Source: Eledone cirrhosa (Eukaryota). From it: a stretch of 64,000 nt of DNA. The stretch is taken from the NCBI GenBank assembly GCA_964016885.1, contig OZ024745.1, positions 79,856,001 to 79,920,000 of the forward strand, given 5' to 3'. The translations under genes and the position numbers were made by a program. Within the stretch, counting starts at the first letter, position 1; every line of letters starts with the position of its first letter. Below are positions 14,105 to 27,635 of this stretch, in pieces. The notes under the pieces were generated by a model that worked only from the letters and a program-made list of their open reading frames with translations, was not told where the DNA came from and made no database searches.

Positions 14105-14772
14105 AATATAAAATAAAGTTAAATAAAAACTCAAATGATTAAAATTTAGCTTCGTTTATTACTGCTATATATATTTCAGTGACAGCCATCTTTGGCTGTG
14201 ACCTCTTCAGGCAGTTTGAATTAGTATGGTATAGACAAGTACATATGTTGTTGAGGTGTATAATATTGTCAATACTCTGATATGCCCAGTTCCTGGTTGG
14301 GTTGTTATTTCACTGAGGAACTGGAATCATATGAATTCAAACAAACGAATTTCAGTGTCAAAAGTCTTCTTCTCCTCTCATTGGTCAGTTATTAGAACAT
14401 TCCTCATTCTAAGTGTTGTTATTGTTGGAGTTAGCTTAAAACATTGATAAAATGGCAGAAGGGACAAGGTGTTAAAGGAACAAAATAACAAAAAAAGTGT
14501 CAAACTTCCCATTGGTCAGTTCTGAGAGCATTCCTCAGTCAGAAGTCTATAGAATTCTTTCTGGGGTGAGGCTCCCTCTAGTGTTTTTGTTTGCTATTGT
14601 TAAGTACCTAAACAACATATGTACTTGTCTATACCATACTAATTCAAACTGCCTGAAGAGGTCACAGCCAAAGATGGCTGTCACTGAAATATATACAGCA
14701 GTAATAAACGAAGCTAAATTTTAATCATTTGACTTTTTATTTAACTTTATTTTATTTAACTTTATTTTATAT
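14105..14772. mobile_element. Inverted pair of PLE pLTR ends, each with an HHR (14161-14215 minus; 14648-14702 plus)
   Basis: actgc-CTGAAGA-ggtcacagccaaagatggctgtcact-GAAA-tatata-(t/c)a-gcagt; ~150-bp arms around a 350-bp spacer. Confidence 0.82.
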
Positions 14773-14984
14773 ATATATATATATATAGTTATACTTGGGG
14801 AGGGTCATATTTGTGTAATATTGCCAGAATTAATAACAGAACACACTCACTGTTTGGTTGGTTTTCGCTTCTCGCTTCTGTGTCTTTTATATCGGTAATC
14901 TAACTTACTCGGTCCTCAATGTTGCCATTGACTGACCGACGGTCAAAAATAATACAGATACAATATAGACACAAACACATATAT

Positions 14985-15628
14985 ATAGTTTATCATAAAT
15001 CTTTCGTTGCACATCTGCAACATCGTCAGTAGTGCTATCTTTTCCTCCTGTTGTATTGTATGTCTACGCCATTTTTATTCAGTTTGTCTATATATTTATT
15101 TATTTATTTGCTTGTTTGTTTATTTTATTTTGTCTTCTTTGCGCATGCGTTTGCGTGTGTGTATAGTGTTTTGTTTGCTGTGTGATGGGTGACTAGTGTG
15201 TGTTTATGTGCTTGTTGTTATTGTGTTTGTGTATGTATTTATTTATTTATTTATTTATTTTATTTTATTTACTTATATATACTTCTCTTAGGTCAGTGTT
15301 GTTTGTTTGGGTGTTGTTGTTATTCCATTCATTCTTTCTGTTTAGTCTTGGTCTTCTAATTTCTATTTCACTGGCCTCTCTGATTTGCCTATCTGCTGGG
15401 TCATTTCTATGTTTAGATATTATTCTAATTTCTATGTTGTCTATGTTACCGTCTAGCATGTTCGTATAGTACTGATCCGTTTTTTCGTCCTTTTAGTCCC
15501 CCCCCAGTGTTGGTCTATCCTTTCACCTATGCTACGAGCTGTCTCACCTATGTATGTTGTTGTCATGTTTCTGCAAGTACCCTCTGTACATCTTATGCTA
15601 TAGACTACGTTTCTAGTTTTCTACGTTT
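14985..15628 (-). mobile_element. PLE 3' end: degraded CCHH GIY-YIG, short 3'UTR, HHR, (TA)n
   Basis: Manual minus translation KTRNVVYSIRCTEGTCRNMTTTYIGETARSIGERIDQH /fs/ GSVLYEH /fs/ NIEIRIISKHRNDPADRQIREASEIEIRRPRLNRKNEW. Confidence 0.85.
14993..15034 (-). ncRNA. Minimal type I hammerhead ribozyme
   Basis: Minus: cacta-CTGACGA-tgttgcagatgtgcaac-GAAA-gatt-TA-tg. Stem II gttgca/tgcaac; stem I imperfect. Confidence 0.7.
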
Positions 15629-15632
15629 CTAC

Positions 15633-16738
15633 GTTTCTGCTGAAATTGTCAGTGGAATAGTTTCAGGTTCTTTCACACCCACAACTCCTCGAAGTATATC
15701 AATGGGAACAGGCTGAGCATGGAATTGGTAATCAATTTCATCATCTGTCATGGCCTTCTTCGTTGATGGAATCTTGCTGCCAGGCAAATCAAATGGCTTC
15801 ACAGTGGTTAGCTCTTTCTTTGGTACTTCCTTCACACCAACTGGTGCCTCTAAGATCTTCCTATTTACGTCCTTTGCTTTGAACTGGTTCATCTTTATCT
15901 CTTCTAGTTCCTTCTCTTCTAACTCCTTTTGGCTGAGAACGTGCACAGGTCGTGACCTTTCAATACAGCTCAACTAAGGTGATTTGGCAATGGTACATCT
16001 TGGTGCACACCATGCTTTTTTGGGTGCAGGCTCTTTCGTTTGACGAGTTCTGAAGCGATCTGGAGTTTTCTTAGAGAAATTATTAATTTGTTCTGCTACT
16101 AACTGAAATTTGCTGGTGGTTGTAGACTTATTGTGACTGGTTTCACTGAACTTAAAAGGCTGACCATCCGTTCTTGCTGGTACCTTACTTGCAAGATGAT
16201 TGTCTCCTTTGCGCAAGATCCGAGTGAAATCTGAGATGGGAGATTTCACATTATCAACTGAGCGACTACGGAGCCGTTTATCTGAGCTGAACTGAAACTC
16301 TTTTGCAACTGTCAATTTTTTTATTGGAAGTTGATACCCTTTTGAGTTTTTCACCTTTTTCAAGGATTCTTCAGCCAATCTGTTGGTTGCCAAGGCATTA
16401 TTTCGCGCCCTCTCCATCTTTAGCTCTTCAATTTGCTCATATGTCATTGCTTTGGTTGTTCTGAGTAGGTTGTCTTTTAACTTGGGAACTTCAGAAAAAG
16501 TCTTTGTATTCGAAGAAGCCATTTTATCTAAGCCTCCTCTGTTCTTGGCAGCAAGTTTATCTGAGGAATTTGAACGCCTGATATCGAGCTTCTCTTTAGA
16601 CAACGATTTTTCGATGTTTCCCTATGAGAATGAACGTCTCATATTGCATTTGTTTGAAGAAACAGGGAGCTTCTTAAGTGGTTTTGTTGTAGAATCAGAC
16701 TTTTTCTCTGTGGGGTTTGCTGGGTTTTGATCGGGCTT
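15633..16738 (-). pseudogene. TPX2: Processed (intronless) partial retrocopy of TPX2, targeting protein for Xklp2
   Basis: About 370 codons in one frame with TAG stops at 16622-16624 and 15974-15976. TPX2 motifs KLTVAKEFQFSSDKRLR, AEQINNFSKKTPDRFR, CTIAKSP*L..RSRP, ELEEKELEEIKMNQFKAK, LTTVKPFDL, YQFHAQPVP. No splice sites at the ends; (TA)n on the 5' side. Confidence 0.85.
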
Positions 16739-17089
16739 TATATATATATAAGCACACGATCTGAGGTTATAGTAGAAGAAACTTACTTAAGGTGCTGCAG
16801 ACTATGATTGAACCCAAAACTACGTGGTAACATGGCGAACTCCTTAACCTCATAATCCTGTCTGCAATTCTATATATAGATTTTTTTCTGTTAAGAATCC
16901 GGGATTAAGGGTTATATTATATGTACCTGTAATTCCTGGTGGAGTCGTAGGAGCGCCGTCGTCATATACAGCGTTTTTTAAGCACTTTCCTAAAATCTGG
17001 CGGGGCCCATCTCCTCTCCAGCCCTAAACACACCCGATTTCTTCCAAAGAATGACAGAGAGTGATAGAGAGAAAGAGATATATAAGACG

Positions 17090-17232
17090 AATCTAGCCCA
17101 GTATTGAACTGGTACTTTTTATCGACCTCAACTTTTCCTTTCAGCCTTTTGGATGAAAGGAAAAGTTGACCTCGGAGCGCAGAGAGCTGGAGTGAATACT
17201 GCAAAGCATTCTATGCAACATTCTAACGACCC
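17090..17232 (-). mobile_element. Degraded tRNA-SINE fragment
   Basis: ctggtacttttttatcgacc...ggatgaaaggaaaagttgacctcgg core. Confidence 0.65.
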
Positions 17233-17338
17233 TGAAGGAAAATACTTTAATATATCGTTTTACACTATATCACAAAATCGTACACACCCACGAGCACCTA
17301 CATACACATATGTATCTCTATATAACTATATATATATA

Positions 17339-17377
<39 letters not shown>

Positions 17378-17455
17378 ATAAATTACATATAGATATATAT
17401 GAATATAGTAAGAGAGAGAGAGAGAGAGAGAGAGAGTGAGAGAGATAGAGAGAGA

Positions 17456-17507
<52 letters not shown>

Positions 17508-17972
17508 CAAAAAATCTACGTAATATGACGGCTGCAACCTGACGACGTCCATTGCATCAATGTCAGGAATTGGTGCAGGGGCTGGGTGTTGTTTTAATGA
17601 GGGGAGGGGGTATAGTATGATTTTGAAGGTCGAGTTTGTATTTTAAAGTATGTGTTGTACGGTATATCTCTGGTGGTTAAGGTTATTCAAACTATTATGG
17701 TTTGCGTTTGCTTGAGTTCGTGGATAACATGGATGTATGATAGATTTGTAGTTCAAGTTAAGGTAATTGACGTATTTAGTTATATATGCGCGTACGTGTG
17801 GGCGTGCACGTGTTTGTGTGTGTGTGTTTTATATATATCCATACATATATATATATGTGTGTGTGTGTACATATATACACACATATTCAAAATATATATG
17901 CGTGGGTGAGCTTATATATTTAAAACTACTGATAAACACCCCACCCACACATAAATATATATGTATGTATGC

Positions 17973-18039
<67 letters not shown>

Positions 18040-18056
18040 CACATATATATATATAT

Positions 18057-18127
<71 letters not shown>

Positions 18128-18154
18128 TACATACATATATATATACATATATAT

Positions 18155-18273
<119 letters not shown>

Positions 18274-18683
18274 GTGTTGTAAAACTTCGGTACGTGTGGG
18301 CAGAATATTTCAATATTTCAAACAGCATACAAATAAACAGGCATGCAGGCAAAAAGATTATCTGAAGCCCCTCCTATGAGGCGAATATTATAGTGATGCA
18401 CTCCTATACATTAATGGCAGCTAGTGAATGTGTTGAGGAAATGCAATATAGAATGACGCTGAGCAGGCGGAGATAGCATCGACCAATAAATTGACGGAGT
18501 CTTCCCGCCTTCTTGACATGACGTCAGCACATCCAACCTCTTATTGATAGCAAAGCCTTATAACCTCAATTTCCTTACAATGTCTTGACTGAAACATTCA
18601 AAGACCAGAACAAAAAGCCGGCACTAATACGAAATCAAGAAGAGATCTAAACAGTAGTCACAGGTGTATACACACATACACAT

Positions 18684-18754
<71 letters not shown>

Positions 18755-19314
18755 GATATAGATATCAAAAAGATACATTACCTTTGCTATTTGTCTTAAA
18801 ATCAAGTTATAATACACACTCGATTTCTCCATTAAGACTAAGGTAAGAAAAATCATCTATACTGCTTTTTATATTTTTATTATTATTACTTAACATTCTA
18901 TAATTAACGCAATGTATACAAAATTACACACACACACACAAACACATACACACACAGACGCATAGATACGCACACACACACACACTCACTCACACACACA
19001 CATATATATATACACGTTTTATGATAGGTAATTATATGAATGACTGAATACACACGTACTTTTTCTGAAATATTTTTCCATTCTTTCCTTTTGTCACTCT
19101 CCATGTTTTTATTTCATTTTTTTATTTCTCATTCTGATGAAGAACTAGTGTCTTAAACGTGAAAACTCTTTTCCTACTACCCACTATATCAAGCGTTAAA
19201 CTGATATATTTCTCCATTGTACTGTGTTGTTTGCTTAGTTGTTTACTTTTTGCACACATATATGTATGTATGTATGTATGTATGAAGTTCTCCTTTTCGG
19301 GTAGTGTTTCCGAT

Positions 19315-19500
19315 GCTCAGAGAGTGGGATTGGTCAAGTGCAAGGCCTTTCCCCACTTTAAAAAAACCTTCAAAGCACAGGCATTGCTTGTTCAGGATCT
19401 GTTATAGGTTCGTGTGGCTGGCCGTAGCCTAAAAGTGCACCGAACTCTATAATTTGACAAGCGATTGCAATACACTTAGCAGAGTTTGCAGTCCTCATGT
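19315..19500 (+). mobile_element. 3' fragment of a non-autonomous retroelement with microsatellite tail (related pieces at 19655, 46360-46598, 51137-51325)
   Basis: gctcagagagtgggattggtc...ctgacaagcgattgcaata...agagtttgcag..atcat end is shared among copies. Confidence 0.65.
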
Positions 19501-19894
19501 GTGTATGTGTTGTATGCGCGGGAACATGGAAATACTTGGTTTAGTGACTGAGCGCAGAGTTAGCTCACCGGGTGGGAGAGACTCCTAGTTCTTGTTAGGA
19601 CCTCGATGGCAGCCAATGCTGACCTGCTCTTCTGTTTGGATAACTATCACCGTTGTTCAGAGAGTGGGATTGGTCCAGTGCAAAGCCTTCCTTCACTTAT
19701 CAAGCTTCAGCACTGGCATTACTTGATCTAAACAATGTTCACGTGTTGTGTGTGAACATGGCCTTCTCTTCTTTCTGCAACATATACAGAAAGGAATCTA
19801 CGTTCTTTGCATGGCTAAAAAAATCCTGTTCGTGCCACCCAATAAGTCATGGTGATTCTCAAAACCGAGATGCAGGCATTATATATACGGTGAA

Positions 19895-20070
19895 TTGGTA
19901 GTATTGGTAGAGGGTCAGACATGCTTTCCAGCGTAGTTACGTCCCTTTACGATCTGAGTTCAAATCCCGCTGAGGTTAACTTTGCCTTTCATCCATACGG
20001 GGTCGATAAAATAAAGTACCAGTAATACACTGGATAATTGCTGGCCTTGTGCCAAAAGTAGAAACAATTA
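19895..20070 (+). mobile_element. tRNA-derived SINE
   Basis: gagttcaaatccc B-box, ggggtcgataaaataaagtaccag core, gaaacaatta end. Confidence 0.85.
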
Positions 20071-20111
20071 TATATATATATACATATATATATACACACA
20101 CACATATATAT

Positions 20112-20708
<597 letters not shown>

Positions 20709-20879
20709 TATATATGTATATGTATATATGTATATGTATGGGTGTGTGTGTATATACATATACATATGCATATATATAAATATATGTGTGTATGTATGTG
20801 AATGTATTTATATACATACATGCTTATGTATACTTGTGTATATGATATACAAATGCGTGTGTGCCTCTCTCCTCCTCTT

Positions 20880-20950
<71 letters not shown>

Positions 20951-21727
20951 TTGTGTGTGTGTGTTTGATATGCTAATCCATGCATCCATTGAGGAGCTGG
21001 TGGCAACATTCCAGACATGCCTAAGAAATCTGGAAATAAGCTTGGCAAAAACTATGGTTTTATTAGGTGAGATGGAGGACAGGAACCTGGTTCTATCAAA
21101 GAAGAGGTCTTTTTCGATATGCAGTATAGGTGTGGGCAAATGTACTATAAGATCGACATGGTGCGATCTATGCACATGAGATGTAGTGGGTTCACTTGCA
21201 GGTTGATGGAGGTGATAGACTTTTGAAGCAGCGGGTGCACGGCGCAAAGTAAGCTCTGGAGTACACGTGAAATAGATTCTCTCAATTGTCCGTGAGGCGC
21301 CATAGAAACTGTTGACGGATTTTGTTGCCTGGGTGACCTAGCCAATGATGGAAGGAGGGTTAACCCAAAAGTTGTAGACGTAGTGGTTATGCAAGCTAAA
21401 TGTATTGTCCGGCCCATTGGAGAGATCAGTGGCACTGATTAAGTACTAACTTGGGAGTTGGTCTCTGGTGACTCATCCGACCATTGCTAGCAGGAAAAAC
21501 AGACATTGAATGATGGTAATGCTGATGCTGATTATATATATAATAACTAACAAAAAGTACTCGCTCTACATATGCAAGCAGCCTCTTTATGAGGAGCTCA
21601 TTCTACCGACAAGGCTTATAAAAGAGGTGTTTGCATAATTGCAAACGAATCGAATATTATTAATATTCGAAAAACTCAGATTACATTTATATATATATAT
21701 ATATGTATTTATATATATACATACATC

Positions 21728-21836
<109 letters not shown>

Positions 21837-21869
21837 TATACTTATATATACACTATATATAATTATAAA

Positions 21870-23379
21870 AAAACCATGACCGCAGGAAGGCACTTTGCTC
21901 TAGCTCCCTCTAATATCCTCCTCAGCATTAGGATGTGACTGGTGGTTGATCTTCCCTCTCTGAAGCCGTTCTGGTTGTCCCTGAGCTTCTTCTCCATCTC
22001 AGGCTGGATTCTGTTAAGAATCATCCTGTTGAGGGTTTTTGCCACAAGTGACATCAGTGAGATCCCCCTGTAGTTGTTGGTGTTAGAGAGATCTCCCTTC
22101 TTTGGCACTGGGACGATGTTACTGATCCTCCACTGATTTGGGGCAACTCCTTTCTCCGGTGCCCGGTTACAGAACCCCAGAATGATATCATCAAAATCAC
22201 ACCTCTTCATCAGCTCTGATGCCACTCCATCTTCTCCATGAGCCTTGCCCTCCTTGATCCTCTTCTTGGCTCTCTGAAGCTCCTTCTTTAGGAAGGCCTT
22301 TGATTCTGTGGACCGTTACTGCCTGATGAAGATCTTACAGGCTTATGGAATCCCCAAGAAGATAGTGGACCTGATATCACTGCTCTACACCAACACCAAA
22401 GCCCAAGTCATTACACCTGATGGGATGACAGAGTTCTTTGAGATACTGGCTGGAGTGCTCCAGGGAGATACATTGACTCCCTACCTTTTTATCATCGTAG
22501 TGGACTATTGTATGCGCCTTGCACTGGAGAAACACCAGGACTCTGGCTTTACTGTAGCACCGGCTCAGAACAGGAGAGTTAAGGCGAAAAAGGTATCGGA
22601 TATGAATTTGCCTACGACATAGTTTTGGTGACAAATACAGTGAAGAAGGCAGAGGATTTGATGCAGGAGGTTGAGACTGTGTCGATGAGTGTGGGGATGA
22701 GAATGAATGAGACTAAAACAAAATATCTGGTAGAGAATGTTGAGAAGCCAGAGGGGATCACTAATGTAGGCGGGAAGCCGCTAGAATTGGTTGAGGGCTT
22801 CCTGTATTTGGGAGCAAAGATTGGGAATACGGAAGATGATGTGGTTGAGAAGAAGAGCAAAGCCTGGGCGGCGTGCCACAGCTTGAGATCGGTGTGGAAG
22901 TCGGACCTTCGTGAAGACCTGAAAATCCGCCTCTTCATTGCTGTAGTGGACTCTGTGCTGCTGTACGGGTCTGAGACTTGGACACTGACCAAGAAACTCA
23001 CTCAGATGGTGGATAGGTGCTACACGAGAATGCTGAGGATGGCTCTGAACATTAATCAGTATACACTGAGGATGAAAAACTCAGAGCTGTATGGGGGCAT
23101 CCCAAAAGTCAGCTCAAAAGTGACACAGAGGAGACTGAGGTTAGCTGGACATGCTCACCGACATCCAGAGTTGACATTGCACTCAGTGCTCCTGTGGGAT
23201 CCCCTACATGGACACACTAGAAGATGAAGACCAGGGTTAACGTATGTTGATGCCCTAAGGACAGACACTGGTCTGTTGGAGACGCAGGACATGGCAGCGA
23301 TAATGAGGGACATAGACCGCTGGATAGAACTCGTCCATGGATCTCGTGAATTTTACCCGCCTTAGATAGAGATAGATAG
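21870..23379 (+). mobile_element. RTE-clade LINE, 5'-truncated with 5' inversion (21870-22288 inverted), (TAGA)n tail, 13-bp TSD
   Basis: The minus segment ends ...AKCLPAVMVF and the plus segment starts FRKAFDSVDR; GVLQGDTL, FLYLG, LLYGSETW motifs; atataattataaa at 21857-21869 and 23380-23392. Confidence 0.92.
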
Positions 23380-23695
23380 ATATAATTATAAACAGGAACG
23401 GTCAGTAATTCATTACCACCTTATTACCAGTAAGAAAAATAGCTCAATGTAAATACATCAGATGGGGGGGGGGGGGGGGGGGGGTTATACACCTATTATT
23501 TGACGACAAAAACATCTATATCCTTAATATAATATTTAATTTCAATAATTAGTTCTAATTTGTTTTATAAGAAAATTTCTGTCATATCTGGAAACGATAC
23601 ATGTATGTTTGTATGCATTCATGTATGTATGTATCTTTGTATACGTATATACGTATGTATGTACGTATGTACATGTATGTATCTATGCATGTATG

Positions 23696-23750
<55 letters not shown>

Positions 23751-23775
23751 GTGTGTGTGTTAAGGCCAAATAGTG

Positions 23776-23912
23776 AGTCTTGTTACTCTGGAGTTTCGCT
23801 TGCTTCTCATATGGTCATCATGTGACAAGCAGGTGAAACTCCAGAGTAACAAGACTTAAACTCTACTTCGGTATTAAGTATTCTTTTCTCTCGGCCGTCA
23901 ACTACATACGGA
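23776..23912 (+). mobile_element. PLE family G end, palindrome centred on HHR stem II
   Basis: gagtcttgttactctggagtttc...gcaggtGAAActccagagTAacaagact. Confidence 0.7.
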
Positions 23913-23962
23913 TATATATATATATAGATATAGAGATATATATGTGTGTGTGTGTGTATGTG

Positions 23963-23997
<35 letters not shown>

Positions 23998-24101
23998 GCG
24001 TGCGTGCGTGTGCGTGTGCATATGCGTGTGTGCGTGTTTTGTGTGTGTATATATATATATTCTAAAGACTTAATCATGCGAGTTTTTTTTTTTACTATAA
24101 T

Positions 24102-24292
24102 ATAATTGTTTCTACTTTTGGCACAAGGCCAGCAATTTCCAGTACATTACTGGTACTTTATTTTATCGACCCCGTAAGGATGAAAGGCAAAGTTTACCTC
24201 GGCGGGATTTGAACTCAGAATGGCAAGGGCCGTAACTCTATGCGTCAAAGCATGGCATCCGACCCTCTACCGATACTGTCAATCCACCGCCC
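24102..24292 (-). mobile_element. Full-length tRNA-derived SINE
   Basis: 5' GGCGGTGGATTGACAGTATCGGTAG (A-box region), B-box and core; ctataatataat on both sides (probable TSD). Confidence 0.9.
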
Positions 24293-24609
24293 TATAATAT
24301 AATATACATCATACCGCCCTGCCTGTTTTATTATTTCTCTCCTTACTATATTTCTTCTCCTTCGGCTAAGATCTTGCACACACTATATTTCTATAAACTT
24401 GTCCCTACTTGTTTTGTTATGTCCCAATGTACACTGGAATGGAAGATAATCTTAATGCACCGAACCCGTAGTGATTTCCAGAGGTTAACTAAGGATATTT
24501 ACATACATGTTTATAAGTATATGTGTGTATGTGTATGTATCTTCTCTACTAATATAGTGCCTTATTTACTTGGGTTTCTTCCTGGTCCCCTTCGGAAGAC
24601 CATTCTTAA

Positions 24610-25045
24610 TCTTATAGAGCATTTACAGCGGATGAGAGATGAGAGGTTGCTTAAGCGAATTTGTAATGGAGAGTTAACTCTTGATAAACACCCCAAGAAA
24701 CATTTCAGGGATGTTATCAAAGGCAACCTGAAGAGACTTGGTATTAGTGCTGGGAATTAGAAAGACGAGGCAGAAAGTATATCTGGCTGGAGAAGTTTGG
24801 TTTATGGTAGTTGTGATCGTTTTGAGATAAAAGGGATGGAATATTCGGTGTTTAAAAGAGCACTCAGGAAAGGTGATGTAGACTTAGTCCCGGGGAATAC
24901 CCGGTCAGAACATGTCTGTAACATCTGCGAAAAAGTTGTTTTTTCCCGTGCCGGGTTTGCTAGTCATTTAAGAGCCCACAGCAATCAGCTGTCTGGGGCT
25001 GATTATGTTGGTGTCCTCCCTGCAAGGCCTGCGGACTATTTGTAT
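24610..25045 (+). mobile_element. RTE/BovB-like LINE C-terminal fragment with C2H2 finger
   Basis: HLQRMRDERLLKRICNGEL..PKKHFRDVIKGNLK ... WRSLV ... HVCNICEKVVFSRAGFASHLRAH. Confidence 0.75.
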
Positions 25046-25789
25046 GAGTAGGAATGTCGTTCGGGGTCCCAGGACACCAAAAGTTTCTACCGCTATAGGT
25101 TTGACAAGAACCCAGTTCCCTTCATGGGGCCTATCACGCGGATGGCCAACTCGGCCCGATAGCAACGAGTAGACGGGTGGTTCAGGAACGCAGAATGCAA
25201 GAAGGCCCCACCGCTATAGCTTCAATGACAAACTTATCGGAAAACGGCCCTTAATTTCTACAACGATTATTAAATAATTAAACAATACATAACTGATGAG
25301 TAACTCTATTAATTCATTTACTACTAAAATACACAACATGCTTCTAAGCTATGTAAAGCTGTGGTGTATCTGGAGCGGTGGATCTCTAGATTTCTAGACA
25401 GCATTTTATCAATATCTTTCGTGTCATAGATATATTTGATCAGGATTGTCCCGATTGTCCCGAAGTCTACACAACAAACAATACGCAGAGCTTGTTTTTC
25501 ATTTTTACCAGTTTTACCAGTCAAATATCCCCACAGCTTTCAGTTCGTATATTACTAATCTTCTCTTAATTAGATTTAATTTTCTGGTAATTGTCGTACT
25601 CATCGCTCTTATTGTAAAACAACGAATCAGCGTCTGCGCGGTCGCTCAATCAGCCAGATATAACAGCCAAATTCCATCCCACCCCAAAGATAATAAAAAG
25701 GATGACTTGGACAGTGTGGTCGTGCAAACCTCTAAGAGACGGGATGGTCACAGCTGACATGGCTTTGATCATTTATCAGGGCTGATCTC

Positions 25790-26297
25790 GATATCGACCC
25801 CTAGAGGTCAATGGGACTCTTCAAGGAGTCGATAAATGCCTGTGAGTCAAAAGGGGGTCGACAAATGCCAGGAGTTTATTATTATTTAATGTTGGGTTTG
25901 GTATCTAAACTAAGGGCAATGCAAATGTAGCGTACGTGTATAATATAGGGATCGGCAAAGTTCAGCTTGTTAGTCAGCCTGCCATTGTCTGTCTGTCATG
26001 AAACTCCTCCGACACTATCACAGTAAACAGTTTTTCCTTTTTGTTTCCCTATATTTCATGAGACATTTACAGGGGTAACGGATATAGAACAAGTTTTGCA
26101 GGGCATTGTATGCAGTTTGTCATACTGATGTATATTGAAAGCAGGGTTTGATATGCAGCTTCCCGCATTATGTACATGGAAATTGCACTTCTACTTATTT
26201 ATTATTATTATTTTTTTTTTTTGCATATGTCTGGGGTCGATAAGGGATCAAGGAGTCCATGAAGGGGTCGATGGTCTAAAAAGTTTGGGGACCCCTG
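25790..26297. mobile_element. hAT (Charlie-like) non-autonomous element, left end eroded
   Basis: Right TIR aagtttggggacccctg followed by ctcta; repeated subterminal ggggtcga motifs near both ends. Confidence 0.6.
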
Positions 26298-26815
26298 CTC
26301 TAATATAAAAAATATCAGGAATTAACACGGTTAACTCTCGATTTAAAAAGTTCCAAGGAAACAATGTTTCCATTGCTGGTACTATCTGTCAGTCACAACT
26401 GCTGGCAGAATAAAGGAGCCGATCATGAGATCGAACCAAGGAAACAATGTTTCCATTGGTCTTTCCATTTCTGAAACTATCTGTCAGTCACAACTCTTCA
26501 CAGAAGGAGCAACATGAAATAAAATATTTCACCGAATAATACAACGCACCAGCCAATGCAGGAATTGAGTACTCGGCGGTATGAGCGTTAGTCCAACAGC
26601 CTACCCACTAGGCCACCCTAATCAATAGAATCGAACTTTATTCATATTCACTTATACATATTTACAAACAGCAAGAGAGAATAAAGAAAAATAGGTTGGA
26701 AGACAAAACAATGGTGATGTGATCACATTAGTGATTAAACATTTCAAACTTTCTAAAGTCTGGCAGCTGTTTCGAGATCTTCATAGAGTTTGTTATTTCA
26801 ACTGTAAACGTGCTG

Positions 26816-26862
<47 letters not shown>

Positions 26863-26975
26863 AGCTCGAGCACAGAAATACACACATGTGCACACAAAAA
26901 CAAACAACACACACTCACTCACAGTCACAACTACACACACACACATACACACAGACACACACACACACGCGCGCG

Positions 26976-27042
<67 letters not shown>

Positions 27043-27235
27043 CCACTCACACACAAACAAAAACAACAGGCACACATACATGCATACAAACACACTCGTA
27101 TACTGACACACGCACACACATACACAGGTACGTGTATGAACTCTATTTTCTTTAATCATTATCAAACATATATACTCTAAATTACGAAGAATTTGCTCCA
27201 ACTTTTATCTCCCGATCTATCTATCTATCTATCGT

Positions 27236-27600
27236 ATCACTTTAGAAGGAGAATCAGAGTGGAGAGAGAAACACTGCACTCCAGTAAATTTACTGAAAGG
27301 TGGGTGAATGAAGCGAAAACGGCCCGAGTGATTGGGCCTTCTCTGTTTATAAGTCTGTAGGTTAAAGAAGAGAGCAAACGGAAGAAAGGAGCACTTGCAC
27401 AACACGCTCCTGGAGTTGAGGGTTGTTCTATCGACGGGGTATTAAACAACCCATTTGTGGCGCTTCCCCCTATTGGGGATTTCGATTGTTGTAATTGTTT
27501 GTTTTCATATTTTTTTACACGACTGTATGTAAAATCCCCGGCATGTGTCTTTGTATTGTCCCCTTTTCTTCTGCGCCCTTGTGGCAAATAAAGAAATATA
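27236..27600 (+). mobile_element. Tx1/L1-like LINE short 3' fragment in (TATC)n
   Basis: Homologous to 28225-28600; flanked by tatctatc repeats. Confidence 0.75.
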
Positions 27601-27635
27601 TCTATCTAGCTGTGTAGCTGTCTATCTATCTATCT

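Noticed and set aside
15633-16738. Functional TPX2 exon
   Set aside because: Two in-frame stops, no splice signals at the boundaries, ends abut (TA)n and a PLE, and no other exons are recognisable in the window.
20967-21530. Unique-looking minus-strand coding-like segment, faintly resembling the N-terminus of a CRE/RLE LINE
   Set aside because: Frames are broken and no diagnostic motif is present; needs a profile search.
24210-24292. tRNA gene
   Set aside because: The A/B boxes belong to a multicopy SINE head; no complete cloverleaf.
25045-25260. KPIAVETFGVLGP motif resembling a restriction-like endonuclease of an RLE LINE
   Set aside because: Too short and interrupted to call.
26352-26496. 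Imperfect direct duplication of a ~50-bp segment containing ggaaacaatgtttcc
   Set aside because: Local duplication with no hammerhead core or other support.
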